A stretch of 64,000 bases of DNA from Planctomycetota bacterium (GTDB taxonomy: Bacteria > Planctomycetota > UBA1135 > UBA2386), in contig OZ245838.1 in the NCBI GenBank assembly GCA_965228735.1, forward strand, positions 5,088,001-5,152,000, in the 5' to 3' direction. Within the stretch, counting starts at the first letter, position 1. Every line of letters starts with the position of its first letter. Position numbers and translations under genes: made by a program. This document shows, in pieces, positions 9,964 through 18,668 of this stretch. Below the pieces are notes generated by a model, which did not search any database, was not told where the DNA came from, and worked only from the letters and a program-made list of their open reading frames with translations.

Positions 9964-11053
9964 CGGGATCGAGCGCGCGTGTGAGTTGTGCCTCGAGCCG
10001 GGCCGCACCGGGGTCGGCCGGAGTGCCGCGGCCCAGCCGCTCCGGCGCGCCCGCGACGATGCAAGCATGGGCGCCGCGGCTCGGCAAGTCGGCGATCACG
10101 GCGTCGGTTGCCGCTGGATTCGGCAGGCGCATCTCGAAGCGGCCGCCGCCGTGCAGCACGAGCACCGGTTTGCGGCCGCCTGGCGCTGCCACGGTGGTCG
10201 CGTGCGCGAGCAGGTCTTTGACCCGACTCGGGCGGACGATGCCGGCGAGAATCTCGCCCCTATTCTCGGACGAAACACTGTTGTCGGCTGAATTCGTGTC
10301 GCCCGCAGGAACGAACGGGAAGGTTGCTCCACTGCGGCCCTCGGGCAGGTCGAGCTTCTGCCGCACCTCGGTGACGAACGACGGCCGACCGGTGAACCGG
10401 CTGATGACCTCGCAGCCGCCGGTCTCGTCGTGCACGAAGTGCAGCGCCGTCGGCGGGGCGGCGAGTGCGCGCAGCTCCTGGAAGCGGGCGAGCGCCCGGG
10501 TCGGGTCCGGCATCGACTCCGAGAACCACAGTGATTCCGGCGGCCGCGGCTTGAGCCGCAGATGCAGTCGCGTCACGGCGAACAGGCGGCCCGCGCTGCC
10601 GACGAACAGTCGGTGCAGATCGAAGCCCGCAACGCTCTTGGTCACGCGCGCGCCGGAACGGAACTCGGTGCCGTCGCTGAGGACGCCCTCGATGCCGAGC
10701 ACGAGCGAGCGTGGTTGCGGGCCGCCGACCGTAACGGCGCCGATCGGGTCGGCCGCGAACAGACCGCCGACCGTGCCGCTGCCGACCCAGGCGCACGGCA
10801 GCTCGAGGTCGTGGCGCCCGACCGCGGCCTCGAGCTCCGCGAGCCCGACGCCGGGCTCGACCGTGCACGTCTGATCGCCGGCGTCGACGCGTTCGATCGC
10901 AGCCATTTCGCCGAACGCGAGCCGCGTCGCGTCGGCCGCGGGCGGCAGCCGGTGTTGGCGGGAGCCGCCGCCGACGAGCCGAACGGCCCCGGTCGTCGCG
11001 CGCAGCGCGTCGACGACTTCGCTGGCGGCCGCGGGCGTGAGTTGCGAACTCAC
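9947..11053 (-). CDS. glcE: FAD-binding oxidoreductase, GlcE-like
   Basis: GTVGG, SGARVTKSVAGFDLHRLFVGSAGRL; lies between glcD and glcF with overlapping ends. Confidence 0.8.
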   Translation of the reverse strand: MSSQLTPAAASEVVDALRATTGAVRLVGGGSRQHRLPPAADATRLAFGEMAAIERVDAGDQTCTVEPGVGLAELEAAVGRHDLELPCAWVGSGTVGGLFAADPIGAVTVGGPQPRSLVLGIEGVLSDGTEFRSGARVTKSVAGFDLHRLFVGSAGRLFAVTRLHLRLKPRPPESLWFSESMPDPTRALARFQELRALAAPPTALHFVHDETGGCEVISRFTGRPSFVTEVRQKLDLPEGRSGATFPFVPAGDTNSADNSVSSENRGEILAGIVRPSRVKDLLAHATTVAAPGGRKPVLVLHGGGRFEMRLPNPAATDAVIADLPSRGAHACIVAGAPERLGRGTPADPGAARLEAQLTRALDPDGRLR

Positions 11054-12504
11054 CTGCGGTCCTCCTCGTCGAGCACGCGCGCGACCATCTGCGGCCACTT
11101 CGCCGGTTCGGCGCACGCCGCACGCAGCGGGATCGCCTTGCCGGGGTTGCACCGACCCTCGGGGTCGAACACGTCCCGGACGCGGCCCATCACCTCGAGG
11201 TCCGTCGGTCGGAACATCAGGCCGACGTAATCGATCTTCTCCGTCCCGACGCCGTGCTCGCCCGTGATGGAGCCCCCGAGTTCGACGCACAGTTCGAGAA
11301 TCTCCTTGCCCGCGGCGACGACGCGTTCGACCTGGTCCTTGTCCCTGCCGTCGAAGCTGATGTTGGGGTGCAGGTTGCCGTCGCCCGCGTGAAACACGTT
11401 GGTGAGCACCACGCCGTGGCGCTGCGCGATCCGTTCGATGCCGGCGAGCGCCGGTTCGAGCTGCGTGCGCGGCACGACGCCGTCGAGCACGTAGAGGTCG
11501 GTGTTGAGTCGCCCCATCGCGCCGAACGCGCCCTTGCGCCCCTTCCACAGGCGCTTCCGCTCCCCGGGGTCCGAGGCTTCCTCGAGGCGCAGCGCACCGT
11601 TCTGCCGCGCGAGTTCCGCGACCTCCCTGGCCTCTTCCGTGACGACCGTGGTCGGGCCGTCGATCTCCACGAGCAACACGGCCGCGGCGTCCTCGGGATA
11701 ACCCGCGCGATAGACCGACGCTTCGACGGCTTGAATCGTCTTCCGGTCGAGGATCTCGAGCGCCGCAGGCACGAGGCCGGCCGCGACGATCTCGCTCACC
11801 GTGCGGCACGCGGCTGCCATCGAGTCGAACGACGCGAGCAGCGTGCGCAGGTCTTCCGGGTTGCGGCACAGCCGCACGGTGATCTCGGTCGCGATGCCGA
11901 ACGTGCCCTCGCTGCCGCAGAACACGCCGAGGAGGTCGAGGCCGTGCGGCGCACGCGGACCGGCCGCGTCGCCGAGGCGCGCGATCGTGCCGTCGGGCAA
12001 CACGACGACTGCGCCGAGCACGTGGTCCGTCGTCATGCCGTACTTGAAGCAGTGCGGGCCACCGCTGTTCTCCGCGAGATTGCCGCCGATCGTGCAGACG
12101 GACTGACTGCTCGGATCGGGCGCGTAATGCAGCGCGTGCTCGTGCACGTGGGTCGAGAGGTCGAGGTTCACGACGCCAGGCTGCACGACGGCGTAGAGGT
12201 CGGCGGTCGAGACTTCCAACACCGAACGCATGCGCGAACAGTCGATGACGACGGCGTCCGCGGTCGCGGTCGGGCCGCCGGAGAGGCACGTTCCGGCCCC
12301 GCGCGGCACGAATGGGACCTGCTCGGCATGCAGCAGCTGCAGGACGGCCGCCACTTCGGCGGTCGTCTCGGGCAGGACCACGGCCCGCGGCCGGCTCCGG
12401 TGCACGGTGAAGCCGTCACACTCCCATGCCAACAGGGCATCGGGACTGTGCAGCACGCGCTCGGCGGAGAGGCGCGCTGCGAGGGCCGCTTCGAGGGCTT
12501 TCAT
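11050..12504 (-). CDS. glcD: FAD-linked oxidase, glycolate oxidase subunit GlcD
   Basis: PRGAGTCLSGG, YAPDPSS, TIGGNLAENSGG, GSEGTFG, FHAGDGNLHP, ITGEHGVG, NPGK. Confidence 0.9.
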   Translation of the reverse strand: MKALEAALAARLSAERVLHSPDALLAWECDGFTVHRSRPRAVVLPETTAEVAAVLQLLHAEQVPFVPRGAGTCLSGGPTATADAVVIDCSRMRSVLEVSTADLYAVVQPGVVNLDLSTHVHEHALHYAPDPSSQSVCTIGGNLAENSGGPHCFKYGMTTDHVLGAVVVLPDGTIARLGDAAGPRAPHGLDLLGVFCGSEGTFGIATEITVRLCRNPEDLRTLLASFDSMAAACRTVSEIVAAGLVPAALEILDRKTIQAVEASVYRAGYPEDAAAVLLVEIDGPTTVVTEEAREVAELARQNGALRLEEASDPGERKRLWKGRKGAFGAMGRLNTDLYVLDGVVPRTQLEPALAGIERIAQRHGVVLTNVFHAGDGNLHPNISFDGRDKDQVERVVAAGKEILELCVELGGSITGEHGVGTEKIDYVGLMFRPTDLEVMGRVRDVFDPEGRCNPGKAIPLRAACAEPAKWPQMVARVLDEEDRR

Positions 12505-12560
12505 CGGCGGGGATGCTAAAGCACGGACCCAGCGGATTCCGATGTCGCGAATACCGACGA

Positions 12561-13631
12561 ATGGAGATCTTGCGCGTCAAGAAGATCGTCGTCGCGTGCT
12601 TTCTCGAGGCCGTGCGGATGACGCTCGACCATCTGGGGCGGCATCGCATGGCGATGGCGGAGGAATGTCCTCCGGAGCTGCCGCAGCTGTACGGCGACTT
12701 TCGTCGGTTGCGCGACTACCTGCAGCGGTGCGCCGGCGCGTTCCAGGACCTCATCGAGCTCGACATGAACGACGACGACCTGCGGCTCCTCGTCGCCGCG
12801 TCGCAGCGCTACGTCGAGGCCGCGGACGCCCGGTTGCAAGGTGCGCTCGACAACGGCGCGCGGTCGCCGGATCCGAAGGAACGCGAGTTCTTGCGCAAGA
12901 AGCAGCAGCTCGTCGCCGACTGGGCCGTCGAGCTCGCGATCAAGCCGCTGTCCGATCTGCCGTTGCCCGCCGTCGCCACCGTTCTCGGCGAGGGCGGCCG
13001 TGCGTTGCGCTTGCGCCTGCAGAAGAAGCTGTTCTCGACGTCCGAGTCGAGCGTGATGCCGGGCGAGATGGTGAACGAGTTCACGGCCATCGAAGGGCGC
13101 CCGGCGCCCGCGCCGGAGCCCCTCGAGCCGGTGCCCGATCTGGCCGCGGCCGAGCCGACGCCGGCCGTCGCCGAAGACGGACTTCTGCTCGACCCGCTCG
13201 CGCTGCATGACCCGCGCCTCCGGGCGCTGACGGGCATGAATCTGCGCAGCCTCGAGACCGCGCTCGCGGCGGAGGATTATCGCGTCGCTTCGTTGATGCT
13301 CTGCGTCGTGCTCGAAACCGCCGTGTTCGACTACGCGTTGCGGCACGGCGACGAGTTGACCCTCGAGGGCGACATCGACAGCTGGGAGGCGCGCGCGATC
13401 CTGAATCAGATCCTCGGTGCGCTCGCGACCCCGAACGTGCGCCTCGCGGCCGACAGCCTGCTCGCTTCGCGGGCGCTGCTCGACCCGTCACGCCAGCTGA
13501 TCGCGCCGATCGTCGTGACCAAGGCGTCCGTCGAGCGCGATCGCCAGTTCCTGCGGTCGATGCTGCAGCGGCTCGGCTTCCTGGCGCAGCCGGAAGAGGC
13601 GGAGCCCGAGCCCGAGCCCGTCATCGGCTGA
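12561..13631 (+). CDS. Hypothetical protein (start 12561 or 12618); possible degenerate HEPN-like C-terminal domain
   Basis: Long ORF with strong coding bias, divergent from glcD. Confidence 0.7.
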   Translation: MEILRVKKIVVACFLEAVRMTLDHLGRHRMAMAEECPPELPQLYGDFRRLRDYLQRCAGAFQDLIELDMNDDDLRLLVAASQRYVEAADARLQGALDNGARSPDPKEREFLRKKQQLVADWAVELAIKPLSDLPLPAVATVLGEGGRALRLRLQKKLFSTSESSVMPGEMVNEFTAIEGRPAPAPEPLEPVPDLAAAEPTPAVAEDGLLLDPLALHDPRLRALTGMNLRSLETALAAEDYRVASLMLCVVLETAVFDYALRHGDELTLEGDIDSWEARAILNQILGALATPNVRLAADSLLASRALLDPSRQLIAPIVVTKASVERDRQFLRSMLQRLGFLAQPEEAEPEPEPVIG

Positions 13632-13720
13632 GCTGGGACGCTCGGCGCCGCTTGCCGGCCTCTTGTGCCGCGCTGGTCTTCTTGTGCTTCGCTGGAGCGT
13701 GACGTATGCCTGCGTTCGCC

Positions 13721-14434
13721 GTGCGATTGTTCGCCATCAGTGACCTGCACCTCAGCCTCGGCGTCGACAAGCCGATGGACATCTTCGGCCCGCAATGGGT
13801 CGATCACGCCAATCGCATGCGCGAGGCCTGGGACGGCATGGTCGGCGCCGACGACTGGGTGCTCGTCGGCGGCGACACCTCGTGGGGACTGAACCTCGAG
13901 CAGGCGCTGCCCGACCTGCAGTGGCTCGGCGAACGTCCGGGCCAGAAGGTGCTCATCAAGGGCAACCACTGCACCTGGTGGCAGTCGCGCAAGAAGGTCG
14001 AGAAGGTGATCGACCCGTCGATCCACCTGCTGCAGAACAATGCCGTGCAGCTCAGCGACGGCACCGTCGTCGTCGGCTCCCGCCTCTGGGATCCGCCCGA
14101 CGTCCCGTGGGCGCAGCAGGAGGCGGCCAAGGTCTTCCCGCGTGAGCTCGGACGTCTCGAGCTCTCGGTCAAGGACGGCAAGAAGCTCGGCGGCTGCGTC
14201 GAGGGCGGAAAGCGCACGATCGCGCTCGTGCACTACCCGCCGCGCTTCAGCGACGGCCGCGAGACGGACGCCGTCGCGATCCTCAAGGACGCGCACGTGG
14301 AGCTGTGCGTCTACGGCCACCTGCACGGCAAGGACCACAAGTTCGGCTTCCAGGGCGAGGCCGACGGCATCCGCTACTACCTCGCGTCGGTCGACGCGAT
14401 CGACTTCCGGCCGATCGAACTGCCGACGGGCTAG
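13721..14434 (+). CDS. Calcineurin-like metallophosphoesterase
   Basis: SDLH, GDTSW, KGNH, VHYPP, YGHLH motifs. Confidence 0.9.
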   Translation: MRLFAISDLHLSLGVDKPMDIFGPQWVDHANRMREAWDGMVGADDWVLVGGDTSWGLNLEQALPDLQWLGERPGQKVLIKGNHCTWWQSRKKVEKVIDPSIHLLQNNAVQLSDGTVVVGSRLWDPPDVPWAQQEAAKVFPRELGRLELSVKDGKKLGGCVEGGKRTIALVHYPPRFSDGRETDAVAILKDAHVELCVYGHLHGKDHKFGFQGEADGIRYYLASVDAIDFRPIELPTG

Positions 14435-14435
14435 C

Positions 14436-15032
14436 TCAGACGTCGACGTTGGCCGCGACGCGGCGGTGCACCGCGGTCAGCGTGCCGCCGAGGTCGACCT
14501 CGACGAGGTACCGGCGGCCGAGTCGATCCGTGACGTGACAACGCCAGCCCTCTTCGGCGTCGGGGCCGGAGACGATGAGCGCGGTCGTGACCGTGCTGCC
14601 CGCCTGCAGCGCGGCGGTCAGGATCGGTTTCGGGACCTGGCCGATCGGGACCGAATGGGCGCGTTCGAGGACGTCGCCGTCGGGCGCGATGAGCGCGGTG
14701 CGGGTGTGCTCGATCGCCTCGTGCACGTAGCGCTTCTCGATGCGGAAGCCAAAGCCGCGCGGGCCCCATTCGCGGCCCTGGAACGTGACGTCGCCCTGCG
14801 GCACGACGGCGCTGATCGCGGCGCGCACGGGTGCCGGGATCGCCCCCGGTCCGACGGCGACGGCCGCTTGCACGATGCTGCTGCCGGACAGGACGAGGCG
14901 CGCGGGCACGTCCTCGGGCGCTTCGGCAAGGTGGCCCGCGATGCGGTCGGGGAGCGCCGGGGCGCTCGCGCAGCCGCTCGCCAGGGTGGCCGCCAGGGCG
15001 GCGGCGAAACAGGCAGGAACGGGCCGCGTCAT
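14436..15032 (-). CDS. Hypothetical lipoprotein (possible PepSY-like duplicated fold)
   Basis: Lipobox LASGC; two related segments (AIPAPVRAAI / QVPKPILTAA). Confidence 0.6.
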   Translation of the reverse strand: MTRPVPACFAAALAATLASGCASAPALPDRIAGHLAEAPEDVPARLVLSGSSIVQAAVAVGPGAIPAPVRAAISAVVPQGDVTFQGREWGPRGFGFRIEKRYVHEAIEHTRTALIAPDGDVLERAHSVPIGQVPKPILTAALQAGSTVTTALIVSGPDAEEGWRCHVTDRLGRRYLVEVDLGGTLTAVHRRVAANVDV

Positions 15033-15133
15033 GCCGCCAATCTCCCGCCTCGGCAGACGAGTGCAAGGAGGAAGTCGCCCGGCGATCGATCCGTCCTTGA
15101 TCCGTTCTGGCCGCGGCCGAGACTCGATGGGCC

Positions 15134-15757
15134 ATGATTCAGCAACCCTTCGCAACGCTCGTCGAGCGGCTCGCGGCCCGCACGCCAACACCCGGTGGTG
15201 GCGCGGCGGCAGCCATGGCCGGCTGCCTCGGCACGTCGCTCTTCCTCATGGTCGTGCGGTTCTCGCAGGGCAAGCCCGCAAATGCCGATCACGAGGCCGA
15301 CCTCGCTGCTGCCGAGTCGAAGCTCGCGGGTTATCTCGAGCGGCTCCAGCCGATGGCGGATCGCGATGCGAAGGCATTCGGGCTCGTGAGCGCGGCGTAC
15401 GGGATGGCGAAGGCGACCGATGAGGACAAGGCGTTGCGCAAGAAGGCGATCCAGGAGGCGCTCGTCGGGGCGATGGTCGTGCCGGACGAGGCGTTGTGCA
15501 TGGTGCGCGATGTCTTCGTCGTGATGGCCAGCGTGTCGGATTGCGTCGGCAAGGCGATCGCCAGTGACATGGCGTCCGGCGCGGCGCTGCTGTCGGCGTC
15601 GGCCGAGGGCGCGTTCCTCAACGTGCGCATCAACGCATCGTTCCTCGAGAACCGCGAGCTCGCGGACTCGACGATGGAACGCGCGCAGTCGGTGCGGCTC
15701 GAGATCGAACGCCACCGCGAGCAGCTCGCGTCGAAGGTGGAGGCGCTGCTCGCATGA
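15134..15757 (+). CDS. Formiminotetrahydrofolate cyclodeaminase/cyclohydrolase family protein
   Basis: LAARTPTPGGGAAAA, DRDAKAF, ASD, GAFLNVRIN. Confidence 0.88.
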   Translation: MIQQPFATLVERLAARTPTPGGGAAAAMAGCLGTSLFLMVVRFSQGKPANADHEADLAAAESKLAGYLERLQPMADRDAKAFGLVSAAYGMAKATDEDKALRKKAIQEALVGAMVVPDEALCMVRDVFVVMASVSDCVGKAIASDMASGAALLSASAEGAFLNVRINASFLENRELADSTMERAQSVRLEIERHREQLASKVEALLA

Positions 15758-17298
15758 CGGCCACGCGTCCGCCGCTCGTCCTCGCGATCCTCGACGGCTT
15801 CGGCAACGCGGCGCCCGGCCCCGGGAACGCGATCACGGCCGCCGAGCCACGGGTGTGGCAGGAGCTGTGCCAGAAGTGGCCGACCACGGCGCTCGAGGCG
15901 AGCGGCGAGGACGTCGGCCTGCCCTGCGGCCTCATGGGCAACTCCGAGGTCGGCCACCTCAACATCGGCGCGGGGCGCGTCGTCTACCAGGAGATCTCGC
16001 GCATCGACCGCGAGATCGCCGAGGGGCGTTTCGCGCGCAACGCCGCGCTGCTGTCGGCCGTCGAACACGCCCGGCGCGGCGACACGACGTTGCACCTGTT
16101 CGGGCTCGTCTCCGACGGCGGTGTGCACAGCAGCGACAGGCACCTCGACGCGCTGCTCGAGCTCTGCAAGGCCGAAGGGCTGAGCGGTGATCGCGTCGTG
16201 CTGCACGCGTTCCTCGACGGTCGCGACACGCCGCCGCGCTCGGCGAGGGGCTACGTCGAGCAGGTCGAGGCGCGGATGGGTGAGCTCGGTGTCGGGCGGA
16301 TCGGCACCGTGATCGGGCGCTACTACGCGATGGATCGCGACAAGCGCTGGGATCGCGTGCAGAAGGCCTACGACGCGCTCACGCTCGGTGAGGGGCAGCT
16401 CGCGGCGACCGCGCAGGCGGCGGTGCAGGCGTCGTACGATGTCGACAAGGGCGACGAGTTCGTGCTGCCGACGGTGATCGGTTCGCGCGACGCCGGCCGG
16501 GTGCGCGCGGGCGATGCGATCCTGTTCTTCAACTTCCGCACCGACCGCGCGCGGCAGTTGACCGAGGCGTTCGTCAGCCACGAGTTCGACGGCTTCCCGC
16601 GCGCGACGCTCCCGCAGGTGCACTTCGTCACGATGACGCGCTACCGCGAGGACTTTCCGTGCGCGGTCGCGTATCCGCCGCAGAACCTCAACGGCATCCT
16701 GCCGCAGGTCGTCAGCGAGGCGGGGCTGACCCAGCTGCGCATCGCGGAGACGGAGAAGTACGCGCACGTGACGTTCTTCTTCTCCGGCGGCGACGAGCGT
16801 GAGTTGCCGGGCGAACGGCGCCTGCTCGTGCCGAGCCCCAAGGTCGCGACCTACGACCTGCAGCCGCAGATGTCGGCCGTCGAGGTCACGGATGCGTTGC
16901 TCGGTGAGCTCGGCGGCGATCGCCGGCCCGACGTGACGATCCTCAACTTCGCGAACGCCGACATGGTCGGGCACACCGGCGAGATCCCGGCCGCGATCGA
17001 GGCGATCCGCACGATCGACCGGTGCCTCGGCCGCATCGTCCCCGCCGTGACGGACCTCGGCGGCACGATCGCGATCACCGCTGACCACGGCAACGTGGAG
17101 ATGATGCAGGACCCGGAGACGGGCGGGATCCACACGGCGCACACGACCAACCCGGTGCCGTTCGTCGTCTGCGGTGCGGCCGCCGCGGGCAAGCGGCTGC
17201 AGGACGGCGGCCGACTTTGTGACATTGCCACGACTTTGCTGCCGATCCTCGGTCTGCAGCCGGCGAAGGGCATGGAAGGGGTAAACCTGCTCACATGA
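15754..17298 (+). CDS. gpmI: 2,3-bisphosphoglycerate-independent phosphoglycerate mutase
   Basis: ILDGFG, MGNSEVGH, SDGGVHS, DGRDT, GRYYAMDRD, AETEKYAHVTFF, DMVGH, TADHGN. Confidence 0.97.
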   Translation: MTATRPPLVLAILDGFGNAAPGPGNAITAAEPRVWQELCQKWPTTALEASGEDVGLPCGLMGNSEVGHLNIGAGRVVYQEISRIDREIAEGRFARNAALLSAVEHARRGDTTLHLFGLVSDGGVHSSDRHLDALLELCKAEGLSGDRVVLHAFLDGRDTPPRSARGYVEQVEARMGELGVGRIGTVIGRYYAMDRDKRWDRVQKAYDALTLGEGQLAATAQAAVQASYDVDKGDEFVLPTVIGSRDAGRVRAGDAILFFNFRTDRARQLTEAFVSHEFDGFPRATLPQVHFVTMTRYREDFPCAVAYPPQNLNGILPQVVSEAGLTQLRIAETEKYAHVTFFFSGGDERELPGERRLLVPSPKVATYDLQPQMSAVEVTDALLGELGGDRRPDVTILNFANADMVGHTGEIPAAIEAIRTIDRCLGRIVPAVTDLGGTIAITADHGNVEMMQDPETGGIHTAHTTNPVPFVVCGAAAAGKRLQDGGRLCDIATTLLPILGLQPAKGMEGVNLLT

Positions 17299-18668
17299 GA
17301 TCGACCGCCGCATTGCTGTTGCCCGTTCTCTGCGTGAGCCCGTTCTGCGTCGGTGCCGCACCCGCGCAGACCGCGAACGCCCGCGATGCCATTCAGGCGC
17401 GGGTCGCCAGGATGCTCGCCGACGTCGACGCCGCGCGGATCGAGGCGACCGTGCGCAAGCTCTGCAGCTTCGGGTCGCGGCATCCGCTGTCCGCGACCGA
17501 CAGCGCGACGACGGGCACGGGCGCGGCACGCCGCTGGCTGCGGGCGCAGTACGAGGAGATCGTCACGACGGCGAACGGTCGGCTGGCGGTCGATCTGCAA
17601 GAGGTGACGGTGCCGTGCCGGCGGCGCGGGATGCCCGAGGAGATCACGCTCGTGAACGTGATCGCGACGCTCCGCGGCACGACGGATCCCGAACGGGTCT
17701 ATGTCGTGGGCGGGCACTACGACTCGCGCAACAGCACCGGCAGCGATGGCGAAGGTCGGGCGCCGGGTGCGGTCGACGACGCGTCCGGCACGGCGGTCGC
17801 GCTCGAGGCGTGCCGCGTGATGGCGCGGCACGAGTTCGCGGCGACGGTCGTGTTCGTGGCCTACGACGGCGAGGAGCAGGGGCTGCTCGGCAGCAAGGCG
17901 CACGCGGCGGCGCTGGCCGAAGCCGGCACCAAGGTCGATGGCATGATCACGTGCGACATCGTCGGCAACACGACCGGGATGGACGGCAAGACCTACGACC
18001 GCTACGTGCGTTGCTTCAGCTACGCGCCGACCGGGAACGACAGCTTCGGCCGCAGCATGGCGCGCGCGTGCAGCTTCGCGCAGCGGCGGCACGTCGGCGA
18101 CGAGCTGGCCGTCAAACTGATCTACCGCGGCGACCGCTACGGGCGCGGCGGCGACCACCGACCGTTCTTCGACCAGGGCTTTCCGGCCGTTCGCATGACG
18201 GAGCCGCGCGAGGACTTCTCGCGGCAGCACCAGGACATCACGATGCGGGACGGCAAGGAGTACGGCGACCTGCCCGACTACGCGGACTTCGGCTACACGG
18301 CGCGGGTGACCAAGGTCGTCGTCGCCACGCTGGCCGAGCTCGCCTCGGCGCCACCGCCGCCGCTCGTGCGCGGCGCCCGCCTGCGGCGCGATGCGTACGA
18401 CACCGAGGTGTTCTTCGTGCCGCCCGCGGGCGTCACGGACTTCGAGTTCGTGTGGCGCGAGACGACGGCGGCGGACTGGACGCACGTCGTCCCGCGGGAC
18501 GACATCACGATGGGCGAGGGGCGCGGCACGGTGAGCGCGCGACTGCCGGACGTCTGCCTCGACGACGTCGTCGTCGGCGTGCGCTCCGTCGGCGCGGACG
18601 GCAGTCGCAGTCGCGTCGCGACGCCGCCGGAGCCCGACCGCTTCAACAACCGCAGAGGTGGCCGTTGA
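17295..18668 (+). CDS. M28 family secreted metallopeptidase
   Basis: Signal peptide; GGHYDSR, GAVDDASG, GEEQGLLGS, RGGDHRPF. Confidence 0.9.
   Translation: MRSTAALLLPVLCVSPFCVGAAPAQTANARDAIQARVARMLADVDAARIEATVRKLCSFGSRHPLSATDSATTGTGAARRWLRAQYEEIVTTANGRLAVDLQEVTVPCRRRGMPEEITLVNVIATLRGTTDPERVYVVGGHYDSRNSTGSDGEGRAPGAVDDASGTAVALEACRVMARHEFAATVVFVAYDGEEQGLLGSKAHAAALAEAGTKVDGMITCDIVGNTTGMDGKTYDRYVRCFSYAPTGNDSFGRSMARACSFAQRRHVGDELAVKLIYRGDRYGRGGDHRPFFDQGFPAVRMTEPREDFSRQHQDITMRDGKEYGDLPDYADFGYTARVTKVVVATLAELASAPPPPLVRGARLRRDAYDTEVFFVPPAGVTDFEFVWRETTAADWTHVVPRDDITMGEGRGTVSARLPDVCLDDVVVGVRSVGADGSRSRVATPPEPDRFNNRRGGR

Noticed and set aside
9947..12289. Apparent giant ORFs or fusions in the track (also 23601-26855, 52436-55498, 56060-58660, 58518-60986)
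   Set aside because: The N-terminal extensions are low-complexity frames overlapping neighbouring real genes; true starts were placed downstream.
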